From the human T2T-CHM13v2.0 reference genome, Homo sapiens: DNA of 64,000 bases. The DNA is taken from NCBI RefSeq assembly GCF_009914755.1, contig NC_060946.1; one strand, given 5' to 3'. Of the stretch, positions 35,718 to 54,500 are shown in pieces (positions within the stretch are counted from its first letter, which is position 1; the number at the start of each line of letters is the position of its first letter). Under the pieces are notes generated by a model, which did no database searches, was not told where the DNA came from, and saw only the letters and a list, made by a program, of their open reading frames with translations. The translations under genes and the position numbers were made by a program.

Positions 35718-35777
35718 GTTTGTATATATATATCTCTTTTATTGGTTCTGTTTCTCTGGAAAACCCAGATAAAAACA
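35143..35777 (+). mobile_element. MLT2 (MLT2D-like) ERVL solo LTR
   Basis: Begins TGTGATGGCTAAATTTATGTCAAC...ccagatatttggttaaacattatt and ends ctgtttctctggaaaacccagataaaaaCA. Carries the internal TA/TG microsatellite typical of MLT2. Confidence 0.85.
35594..35734. repeat. Compound (TA)n/(TATAAAA)/(TG)n microsatellite inside the MLT2 LTR
   Basis: Read directly from the sequence. Confidence 0.95.
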
Positions 35778-36949
35778 TCTAGTAATTATCTCAGAACCAC
35801 ATTGATGACTGGTAAAGTCCTGGCTATTAGCCTGCTTTTCTCCCCAGCCTTCATAGTCTGGAAATGGCTCTTTAAACACAGCGCAGTACCTGGCATGCAG
35901 CAGGTATGCAACGGGGAATTGCTGAATGAATGAATGACCTATGCTGGAGAGAATTTTATAATGTGCAAAGTATTTTTACACAGATTTAATTTTATCTCTA
36001 TGACAACTCTGTGAGGTAGCTCTTATTATCTCTACCTTATATCTAAGGTGACAGAGGTTTGGAGAAGCCAAGGAACTGGGCTAAAGAGTACTAGGTGGTA
36101 GAGCTGGGTCTGAGTCCAGCTCAGATCTGTGGCACTCACTGACCTCCCTCCCCCTCCCCCTAAAAGGCTCTAAGCTTCTCACAGACTCTATGCTTCTCTC
36201 CTGGGGTTTGACTTCAACAGGCAGGGGCTGAATACAGGAATTAGGAGAAACCAGGAAACTTCTAGCATCGAAACAAATCACCAAGCTCCCATCATGCTGG
36301 AGAGCTTTTATTCCTCTCACTGCCTCATGGATGTCAGCTGAACAGGCAGGCAGGTGAAGGCTTGAAAGGCTCCTTTGGGAGCTGAAGGCCCTTCACAGAG
36401 ACCCTGGTAAATATTACTCAACAAGCTCCTCTGTCCAGGGACACATTTATCATCTGAATGCAACTGCCTGCTTGGAGCTGAGAAATCGGCTTATCATTCA
36501 GCCTTTGCAAAGGGGAGAAGAATTGCCTGGGACCGGTATCAGCCTCCATTATCTTGCAGTTCTGTTCTTACTGTCAGCCACAGACTGAGCCCTCAGTATC
36601 TCCTGCTTAATGGGGTTGTTTCCTATTTCCTGACCCTTCAAAGTATTAACACCGAAGGGAACAACAAGCAGGCGATGTCACAGATAAAGGAATCTCCCAT
36701 TTACAAAACAAGCCTCATATCTATATAGTAGGAGTCCCTAGTGCCTTGCCACCAATCCTCACAGCACACTCACTCTCCTGCACCCATTTCTCTGAGTGAC
36801 TTTCTAGAGATGGCACATCTGGTCACCATAGGCCCTGATTCAATTCACATTGCTTCAACAATGATTACTGGGTAGGACCCATGTGTAAGAACTACAGGGG
36901 CTAAACAGATGAGGGTCACATTGTAGCTGCCTTCAAGGCTCTTACTATC

Positions 36950-37099
36950 TGGTATGACTAGTATCCTTTAGTTCTCCCTTCTTACTAGCCAATCCCTTTT
37001 ACTCCAATCTCTACTAGAGTTAACAATTCTTTATCTTAAACTATCTCTGTTCAAATTATTGTGTGGTTTCTTATTCTTGTTTTGATACTGACTGATACA
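36950..37099 (+). mobile_element. Old ERVL LTR 3' end (LTR33-like)
   Basis: ctgttcaaattattgtgtggtttc...tgactgataCA terminus. Confidence 0.45.
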
Positions 37100-39222
37100 T
37101 ACTGTATGTTAATTTAAAAAACAAAATAAATCCTACTATTCCCAAATCCTGGGAGGAAGTCAGGAAAGTAAGATAAGCTTTGGTGCCCCTCACTCATTCA
37201 TGTGGTCATTAGGCTGCCCAACCCTCAAAAACTCAGTGTGCAACCAGTACATCCCAGACACTCAGCTGGGGCTGGGATTACTCAAAGGAGGAACACTTCC
37301 GCCCTAAGAAGCTGCTAGATATGCACACTAATCTCTGCAACATGAAAAATAAATTATTACATAGTAGTACATGTATGTATATAGAAAGACTGAATGGACA
37401 ATCATTACAGGATGAGCAGGGGAGACAGCAAGAAAAGAAAGAGAGGAGAAGGGAATGAAATATGAGAATGTGAATAAACAAATAGTGGCTGTGCAGAAAG
37501 AGCCCCTAAAGCATTTAGTCTCATGGCCTGATTTTAGCCACTACTCTGATGGCCATGATCTGAAACGGAGAAGAAACAATAGAGACACATTGGCTTTGCA
37601 GACAAAACTGGTGGTCATAGCTCAGCAGAGGATAACTCGAGGGAGACAGGGCCCATGAGCTGGGTGGCAAGGCAGGAAGAGTGGAAAAGGAGGGCACTCC
37701 TGGCACACCAGCTGCTCAGGACTGGCAAGCTAGGGAGGCACCAAAAGCTAAGATTCCGCCTGTCTTCTTCCCAGTCTGCTTACGTTCCACTCCTGTCTAC
37801 CCAGCTCTGGACCCTTGGCCCTGCCTACCTCTCTTGCCCTCCAGACTTGGCCACACGATCGATTTCTCCTTCCCTCGTGGCTCTCTGGACCTGAAGATTC
37901 TGGCTCAGACATCCTTCATGGGCCCTTTCTACTCCTGGACTCTGGAGGGTAAAAGAGGACTCTGTTCTTGTTCCAGGGGCCTAACTTGGCACTTGCCCAT
38001 CAGCCAGAGTCCTGGCTGGACCCTGCCCTAGTCTTCTGTCTGGAGTTAGGTAGAAGGCTGAGGTCTGGATTATTACGGTCATGAAGAACAGTGAGGGCAA
38101 AAGGTCAAAGTCAGTACAAGGTGGCCTAAGCAGAGGGCAGCAAGGTATACCTCCTGGCGAGGGCTGAGAGGGGAGCTGGAGAGAGGGAGCAGTCCAGAGG
38201 CAGGCAGTAGCTGCTTCATGGTACCCACCTGCCCTGCCAGCATCTGTTCCAGGGATCCTGTGACAAGCCCAGATCCTGCCTGCTCTGGGGAATATAAATC
38301 ATGCCGTCACCAGAGGCAGGCTCCAAAATGCTGTTCATATGCAGCTTTCCCCAGAGAGATGGAAATGGCTCATGAATCAAGCACCTTGGAGCTGTGCCAG
38401 AGCTCATCCTGTTCTTGGGGACAGGGCTTGGCAAGAGGCTCCAGATAGGATTTTCATTTGCAAGCATGGCCACCTGATCTCTCCAAGAACACGCTTGCTC
38501 CCTGCCATTCCCCTGACAGTTGCAACTGAAGCTCCACAAGGCACACTTTTATTTATGTCTCAACATCCTTTTACTAACTCACTGTGTCTCCATTCCCCAC
38601 CCCCCTCCAGGCTTCTTGTGCACTGATAACCAGTTATTTGCCAAAGACCAACCAATTGCAACCCTGAAGCTGAAAACGACAGGCGAGAAACTCCATCTTC
38701 AGTTTCCTGTGCACAGGGCAGTGAGATAGCTCCTACACCGCTGGCCCCGTGCCCAGTGGAAACAGATCAAAGGCAGCAAAACGCTCCTTCTTTCAAAGCA
38801 AGGATCTTTTTGCAGTTGGTAAAACTTCAGAAAGCAAGCGTTAGTGAATTTGCAGCCACTGCCTATAATCATTTTGTGCCTTCTGATTCTGAAAGGCCAG
38901 GTCTAACTGTGCCAGCACCCTATGTTGCGGATTCTACAACCAGGAAGCAGAGGGTATCCTGGGGATCTGAAAAGGTGCACAGATGACAATACCATGGGCA
39001 CTTACTAGGTTTTGCATGGGCCGGTCTGCCAATACCTGAAAAGGCCCACCCATTTTTCCCAGTAGCCACTTAGCAAGAGTGCCAGAAAATGAAGACATGA
39101 GACTTTGGGAACTCTAGATTTCTGAGACCTTTGAAACTTTCCCGTGTGACTTACTTACCAGTTCCTGTCTATTTTTTCTTACTGACAATTAGTAAACTTT
39201 TAAGACGAAAAGAGCCTGGGCT

Positions 39223-46147
<6,925 letters not shown>

Positions 46148-46375
46148 GAAAAGAGCCTGGGCTTCCTTTTAGGGATAGCAAAGAAAGGCTGGGAGACATC
46201 CTACTCTATGGGCTGCCTCACATAGGAGAAGAACCCAAGAAACAGAGAAGCGATGTGAGTCTTTAAATCAGGAATACAGGCTACACGTTGGGGATGAGGA
46301 GAAGGGGCAGTGTAGTAGACAGCTTTGGAGCGAGCTCTGACCATAAACATTCTACTTCTAGAAACTGCCTCCCTG

Positions 46376-46684
46376 GGCCAGGCACGGTGGCTCATGCCTG
46401 TAATTCCAACACTTTGGGAGGCCAAGGCAGGTGGATCACGAGGTCAGGAGTTCAAGACCAGCCTGGCCAAAATGGCAAAACCCTGTCTCTACTAAAAATA
46501 CAAAAATTAGCCAGGCATGGTGGTGGGCACCTGTAATCCCAGCTACTCGGGAGGCTGAGGCAGAGAACTGCTTGAACCCGGGAGGCAGAGGTTGCAGTGA
46601 GCCAAGATCACGCCACTGCACTCCAGCCTGCATAACAGAGTAAGACTCCGTCTCAAAAAAAAAAAAAAAAAAAAAAAAAAGAAA
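46376..46684 (+). mobile_element. AluSg-like
   Basis: ggatcacgaggtcaggagttcaagaccagcctggcc; A26 tail at 46655-46680; TSD aga(aac/tat)tgcctccctg. Confidence 0.93.
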
Positions 46685-47855
46685 AGATATTGCCTCCCTG
46701 ATTCACAGGGTCACATATGGTGACCATCCTTCCTGCACTGGTGATTGTATCAGACGTGTATTACTGCCCCAAGCTTGGCCTGTCAGATTCCTTTCCCCAA
46801 AATTTGTGCACTGGAATTCAGGGGAGCTGAATGTAACTTCTGTGGCTAGTTCTATAGGCTGTGGGTGAGCACAGGAGCCATCCAAGGTGGCTATTTTCCC
46901 ACTCTGGGATTAGGAGCAGAGAGCAGTTTGCACCTCCAGCTGCAAACTGGAGGTCTGCAGCGGGAGGTGCCAAATGAAGCAGCTGAGCAGTGATGAGAAC
47001 CAGACTGCCTCCCACAGCCCAGGGGTTCCCACAGCTTTCCTTTAGTGTTCCAAGTTTGCCCTTGGATTTCATGGGACTCCTCACCCATATAACCTTATTA
47101 GAAATCCCCCTCTTTGGATTAAGCAAGGTTTGGGGAGGATTGCTGTTGGGGGAGAGGATGGGCAGGGCGGAGATGTGTCCTCAGGGACCTGTGTGTCCTT
47201 ACTGCCCAAAGCCACAGCTCTCTAATTGCTCTGGCATCATTCAAACTTATGGGCACGTTGGAGAGTCAGTGGGTAGAGAGAGTATGAGCTGCACACCAGA
47301 GCAAGATGTGCTAGAACCACCCATGAGGGCAGAGACAAGTGAAAGCCATTCTTCTCAGAAAATTCCTCCCAGTGGGCCCAATATCATGCCAGAGAAAATG
47401 TGGTACCGCCAGCACCGTCTCTGAAGTCAGATCCACTGGTTCAAACCCACTGTAGGGGCTAGCAGTGGGGGCCCTTCCAGCATTTGCTGTTGACACTGCC
47501 AGGAGCTAAGAACAGTTTCTCATCAGAAGGTCAGTCACTATCATACATTCACTGGTCTCTCTAGAAATGCTTATATTTGAATGAGGCTAGATTTAATTCC
47601 TTTCTCTTCTTGTACATCACTTTAGAAATTGCTTTTCTCTGTATCCTCTCAAGTCTGTAATTTATACTATTATCTAACAGCTGTAATGTATAGAACAAAC
47701 CTTCTGTTGGTCGGAAGGCAAACGATACATTAACCTGCCGAGAATCTATACACACATGAACACAAAACACACCTATGAACAATCAATGAATTCTGTGTGC
47801 TTTGCTAAACTGATAAAAGTCCTCTTCCAAAATGCTTTCTTAAGAGCATTTTCTT

Positions 47856-48121
47856 TTCTTTTTTTTCTATTATTATTATACTTTAAAGGTTTTAGAGTAC
47901 ATGTGCACAATGTGCAGGTTTGTTACATATGTATACATGTGCCATGTTGGTGTGCTGCACCCATTAACTCGTCATTTATCATTAGGTATATCTCCTAATG
48001 CTATCCCTCCCCGCTCCCCCCAACCCACAACAGTCCCCGGTATGTGATGTTCCCCTTCCTGTGTCCATGTGTTCTCATTGTTCAATTCCCACCTATGAGT
48101 GAGAACATGTGGTGTTTGGTT
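47856..48121 (-). mobile_element. L1PA 3'UTR fragment (~265 bp, L1PA3/4-like)
   Basis: Reverse-complement L1 3' end with a T-rich tail. TSD g(c/a)attttctt at 47846-47855 and 48122-48131. Confidence 0.9.
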
Positions 48122-48251
48122 GAATTTTCTTAAAACAACAAAGCCTTCTGGCCTCTGGGATCCAGAACAATTGTGCATTTTTAACTCAGAAGCATTTTTT
48201 GTACACATCCTTTTTATCTCATGGCCTGGAATTATCTAGTCTATACTTAAG

Positions 48252-48329
48252 TGTTAAAGTAGAAATACAGGTTTTCCCCTAGCTTTTCTTTGTTAAAGGA
48301 GAAATACAGGTTTTCCCCTAGCTTTTCTT
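48252..48329. repeat. 39-bp tandem duplication
   Basis: tgttaaag(t/g)agaaatacaggttttcccctagcttttctt, two copies. Confidence 0.9.
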
Positions 48330-48587
48330 TTTTCAGTAAACACAGTGATCAAATCCATAAATAGGTTTCACTTCCGTTAGCTCAATAGCCTGTGTGTATG
48401 AATACACAATGACTGTAATCGATTGGAAGGCCCCATTACTTGTTGTCTTATTTTTGAAATCTTTGCCGAGAAAGTGTTAGCAATGGAGTTTTCCCCTGAT
48501 GATGTGGCTCTCAAACCCTCTCCCCCACCAATTAGGTTTAATCACATCGATAAGGCTCAACTCAACCAATATGAATGCTGTCTAGCA

Positions 48588-48802
48588 CAGGTTGAGTATC
48601 CTTATCTGAAATGCTTGGGACCAGAAGCATTTTGAATTTTTGATCTTTTTGGATTTTGGAATATTTACCAGCTGAGCATCCCAAATTCAAAAACCTGAAA
48701 TCTGACATGCTCCAATGAGCATTTCCTCTGAGCATCATGTTGACGCTGTGAAAGTTTTGGATTCTGGAGCATTTTGGATTTTTGAATTTGGGATTCAACC
48801 TG
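48588..48802 (+). mobile_element. Tigger4a/MER46-type MITE
   Basis: Terminal inverted repeats CAGGTTGAGTATCC ... GGATTCAACCTG(TA); internal atgcttgggaccagaag and ctccaatgagcatttcc. Confidence 0.85.
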
Positions 48803-49088
48803 TAGTAGAAAGAGCCCAAGGCCTGGAGTCTAGGATACATTCCTTCTGGACATCACCTATGGCACTCAGGGGAAGCAAACCTTTCTTCTTCATGGGTAAA
48901 ATAGAGATAATAATAGGATTAATGAAATAATGTCAGTGTATATAGCACCTATCACATAGAACCTGGCACCTGCTAGGTGCTCAGTAAACTCAATGGACAT
49001 TTTTCTTTTTTGAATTCTGTGAATGTGTTTTACCTAAGAATTAGACACATGCAGACTCACATATACAGATATATCCAATAAAGAGTCA

Positions 49089-49499
<411 letters not shown>

Positions 49500-49640
49500 T
49501 TAATGAAATTTTTAGCTGTACCAATATTTAGTAGCAATGTGTGTTGTCCTTAGTGAAAATGCCATAGGCTAGAAAAAATAGTGTAGTAACTTCATCTACT
49601 TTCTTTTAATTCTGAAAGTAAAATATACTTGTGGCAAATA

Positions 49641-49967
49641 CAGTCACATGCCATTTAATAACAGGAACATGTTCTGAGAAACACATCATTAGGCAATTTC
49701 ATCACTGTGTGAGCATCAGAGAGTGCAGGTGCACAAACCTAGCTGAGACAGCCTACTACACACCTAAGCTACCAGCCTATTTCTCCTAGGCTACAAACCT
49801 TTAGAGCATGTTATTGTACTGAATACCATAGGCAACTGTAACACAATGTTAAGTATTTGTGTATCTAAACATAGAAAAGGTACAGTATAATATGGTAGTG
49901 TAATCTCTTAGGATCACCATTGTGTATGACATTGTTGACCAAAACGTCATTATGTGGTACATGACTA
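49641..49967 (+). mobile_element. Tigger3a/MER7-type MITE
   Basis: TA-CAGTCAC...CATGACTA ends; internal gttctgagaaa, acaaacctag, ctcctaggctacaaacct, atctaaacatagaaaaggtacag. Confidence 0.85.
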
Positions 49968-50055
49968 TTTAAAATTGATTCTAAAGGTAACCAAGCAAAA
50001 AAGTAAAAGCCCCTCTCTCCTCCCACAAAGTGAGCACTACTACAACTGTGTACAT

Positions 50056-50238
50056 AGGCTGCCTGTATACATATGCTATATACATGGCAATATATACATA
50101 GGATGCCTGTACACATAGGATATACACACAGCAATATATACACAGGCTGCCTGTAAACATAGGCTACACACACAGCAATATATACACAGGCTACCTGTAC
50201 ACATAGGCTATACACACAGCAATATATACACAGGCTGC
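50056..50238. repeat. 44-bp minisatellite, about 4.2 copies
   Basis: Unit aggctgcctgtacacataggctatacacacagcaatatatacac at 50056, 50100, 50144 and 50188, with a partial copy at 50232. Confidence 0.92.
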
Positions 50239-51488
50239 ATGATTGTTGTATGTGTGGATATACGTGCATGTGTGTTTGTATGTGTGTGTGCACCTCTTTA
50301 ACGGAGGTGTCAATGCAATAAATATCAGATACAGGTACTCTGCCTCACCTCCCCATGTCCAGATGCACATAGGAAATGGCTTTGAGAACCTGTCTCAGGA
50401 CTTTTGGGTCTCCACCTAGATCAGTGGTCAGAGACGGCCAGAGAGAAGGGAATGAGGAAACTGGTGATTTCTTTGGAGAGAGTTACCACCATACAGTGAG
50501 TCCCCATCCCAGCCCCTTTCGGAGAGGAGTGAGGGGGCACCATGTTCCACCTCAAGCCTCACAGGAGGTGTTGTCATGGCACCTCACAGGGGATACCACT
50601 CAGAGAGCTTGGAAATGTGCACCCTGAAGTCAGGGGAGAGACATGCAGAACTGAAGCCTGACCCTTGCTGAGTGGAGTCTCACTGTCCCATCCTGCTTCT
50701 GCCCTGCCAGGAGGGTGAGGCTAGGGAGGGGATAGCCTATGCTGCTAGAGTTCACTGGGGTCAGGGATACAAGAGTGCTTCCTGGGGACCAAATGTGAAA
50801 GAGCAGGCAAAGCTCATCTTGAGTTCTGTCCTGTAAAGTCACCTGGAGAGGCCATAGAAGGTGCACAGCCAGACGCCAAGGGCTGAGAAGAAAAGTGGAG
50901 GACTAGAAAGGCACCTACCTGGGTCCAGCAAGCCGCAGGGCCCCTCTAAAGCGCCCACAAAAAGCAAGGTTCCACTCTACCCATCTAACAGGCCCAAAGT
51001 TCGCAAAGCCATGTATCCAAGCAAGAATGATCCCGTCTCCCTCTATCCCCTTGCCATAGCATCAAGTGGGTGGCAGAGGAGGTGGGCCTGTCCCATTACT
51101 CTCAGCAGGCTTCCAGCCCAAAGCAGGCCCAGGTGAGTGTGATGCTCTCTTCTCCTTGGCAACAATGGAACAAACCCTGGCTGCTGCATATGACCATATT
51201 CAAGTGAAGAGGAAGAGGGATTTCAGTGGCCTCATAACTTAGTTGATAACAAGAGTATATCCTGGGCTCAGTTTTTTCTTCTGGTCCAGGAAATCATATT
51301 GCTGGTAGGCATGAAGGAAGGGAGGCAACCTTGTCCTCTTCCTGGATCCTTTCCTGGAATAAGCCTGTTGCTCAAAGTTGTGGAGAGAACTGCCCTGCTC
51401 CTTTCCACTCCTCAAAATGAGGCCCTGCACTCAGAGCCACCATCCTGTGCAATAGGACTCTGGGGCACGTAGCCATTCTTGTCAACCT

Positions 51489-51536
51489 AGGAGGTTTTTT
51501 TCTGCTTGGGTAAGGAGGTTTTTTTCTGCTTGGGTA
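51489..51536. repeat. Perfect 24-bp tandem duplication
   Basis: aggaggtttttttctgcttgggta, two copies. Confidence 0.92.
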
Positions 51537-54500
51537 AATCCATGCATAATGGGGTTCCTGGCCTCTGAGAAGTGAAGGTGAGGAAGCTAAAGTGTCCAGA
51601 ATGGAATGTACTCATTCACCCACATATCCTGGAGGCCCTGTAAAGTGCAAGATGCTATAAGAGATCCCACCAAGTGTCAGAGTCTGTGCCCTCAGAAGTT
51701 CTCAGCCCTGGACAGGAGCAGAATGCAGACAAACATGCCTCTAGCACAAGCCAGAAGCTAGCAAGTGTCTAATGCAGAGAGTCACAGAGCTTTGGGGTGG
51801 GAGATGTGCCACCTAGTTCAGGGAGACCCTTTATGTCCTCTCAGAGGCAGCAATAATTAAGACGAAAGAATGAGCCAGGATTGGAGCAAGTTAGGATGGC
51901 AGTGTAGGATATCTGGGTCGGGGTGGGGCTAAGAAACAGCTAAAGCAAAACCACAGACGTGGCATTAAGATAAAAGACATAAATTCTTTCAAATTAATCT
52001 TCCAAGAACTAGCACATCGATTAGGCCTTAACTGCCTGAGTCCACATATGCTGTCCACCACCTAGAGGACAGTGCAGAGTCTGGTGTGAATACTGCTGTC
52101 ATCTAACACCAGTCTAGCTTTCAAATCTTATCTCCCATCACTGCCTGAGACAAGCCTGCTCCATCTAAACCAAGCACTCTCCATTCCACAAACACACCTT
52201 GCAGTGGGCCACCTCCCTGCCTTGCCTAGGCCATTCTCTTGACCTAGACTCTCCCTTCTCCATCAACCCTGACCTGCCATGCATGTGAAAATTAAGCCTC
52301 TCCCTCCAAGACAAGCTCAAATGCCTTCCCCTCTAGAAAGCTTCCCCTGAACACCTGTGGCCAAAAGGGAGCTCTCCCTTCTCTGTGCACCTCCAGCAGC
52401 ACCTACTAGGTGAATAACTCCTTAAGATCCAGACCATAAGGAGCCTTCAGTCTGCCCATCTTTGCCCCTGATTGCATGGACAGGTGTGGAGGCACGGACC
52501 CTGTCTCAAGTCTCTGATCCTTATAAGGGCTAGCATCAGGCCTTGGCTACAGCAGAGCTCAGCACAGGCTGGGTGGCCGTATAAGGACTCCTGAAGGCCT
52601 CCTTGACCTCATCGCCTGCACCTGGGAGATGTGCCACAGGAGCAGCACACCACCTTCAGAACAGCTGCGAAATGGTTTTAAATCCCACCATACAGGTTAA
52701 CTTCTATCCCCTCCCAAGGAGAACCAAGTCAGTCACTGGAAAAATAAAATCGGCACCTTTAAGTAAACAGTGGCTTTGCAGCAACTGTAAAATGCCTTTC
52801 TTCCATTTCCTTTTTAGAACCTTAAACTTTCTTCCTGTGAGGCGACCAGAGAGAAGACGAACTGTTACAGAAAGGAATTTAAAATTTTTTAAATTTTATT
52901 TTAGCAGGGGTGGTTTGGGGTCAGGTTTCTGGAGCAGCAGAGGACTAGTGCTCTAGGAGGCTGGTCCGAAATCCATGGCACCTGGCTACTCCTTCCCTTC
53001 CCCCAGCTGGTTGGGGACTGTATAAGGGGTCATGATGGCCCCACTGAACTTAATCATGGGGTGTGTGAGCACATACACATAATGTGAGGTGGTAAGCATA
53101 TGCAGCTGTGAAGGTGGGGTGTCTACAGTGTGGTAAGGGCACAAGATGAGTGTGTGTGAGGGGTGTGTGCAAGCACACTGGTGTGTGAGGGGGTGCAGTG
53201 GGCTTGGCACATGAGAGCTGTGTATGGGTGTATGTTCGTGAAGAGTGTGTGTAGGAGCAAGGGCCTGTGGGGAAAAGCATTCTATCAGGTGAGTATCTCT
53301 GGGCCCTTCCACTGGGCCTCTGAAACAAAGTACCCATTCTGATCTGGTAGGGCTCTCCAGTTCTAAACCTAAAGGGCAACAGAGTTGAGACACATTATTA
53401 ATGACAGCTGAAGTCAATTACTGAGTGTCATGGTCCTACTTGCATATTACCATGAATCCTTATAGCTGGGACAGCTATAAGGGTACAGCTGGGAGGTAGA
53501 TCTTATCTTTGTTAAAGATCCCTAAAGGGAGACTCAGAGGAGCTCAGGCACTTATCCAGGGTCCCACAGGTAATAAGCAGCAGAAGTAGGCCCCGGAGCC
53601 AGGTGAGCTTGAATCAGGCCTGTTCATTCCCCTGTCACCATCCCAGCCTCTAAGGGCTCAGAAGCTGCCTAATCCAGGGACACATTTTCTAAAGGCAATC
53701 AGGGGCTGAGAAGCTCAAAGTTCACAGAGGCATTTCCATTAGCACAGCCCTCTTTAGCAGCATCAGCTCCCATATGCTATGCATTCTTTTAAATTTCATT
53801 TGATTCTGTGTTCTTGTAGAAAACACAGGCTATTATAACTGAAAATGGTCTTCAAAGATCACCATGAGGTCCATTTCCCTTGTTCACTAAGAGCCAAGAA
53901 GGTCTCTGGAAAGAACATTTGCATATATTACGTACATGCTACATGTTATTTAGGAGCATTTATACATCAAGGGGTTTGAGATGCACGATGGCAGAGTGTG
54001 GGGAGTATGGGCATACATTTTACCAGCTGTTAGAGAGACCTGCCTGAGTCAGTGTTTAAAGATTTTTGTTTCCTACACATGCACTAATACAAGTTATATT
54101 AAAAAGCCAAATGACCCCTTTAACAAATGAAAAAGAGATGAGGGTTTAGGATAATGAGAATATTATAGCAAAACTCATACTGTGCCGCTTCTAATGGGAA
54201 TCCTACAGCTAGACCTCCACATAATGCTTTGCGAATGCCCCCCTCAGAGTTGTTATAAATACAACAAACCCCAATATGTCATAATGAAAATGCATATTCT
54301 AATACAACATGATCTCCTTAATGAGGCAAACTGGAGGGGGTGTGTGGTAGCTTTATTTATAATCCTCTAAATTTAGGTAAATTGCACACATTTTAAATTT
54401 CTATACAAATAGTGTCACCAAGAGCTATCAAACTGAGTCTATTTGGTCTCGATAAGAGACCACTTAATAGAGAAAGTCAGGGTGTAACCAAATGCTAGGC

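Noticed and set aside
46700-47140. Possible MLT1-type LTR
   Set aside because: Only a weak resemblance at the 3' end (ccccctctttggattaagcaaggtttg); too degenerate to call without RepeatMasker.
47856-48121. Premature TTC28 polyadenylation from a sense-oriented L1 3' end
   Set aside because: The tail reads GTATAATAATAATAGAAAA on the minus strand, with no AATAAA, so there is no sequence support.
50056-50238. CRISPR-like array
   Set aside because: The units are contiguous with no unique spacers; it is a minisatellite.
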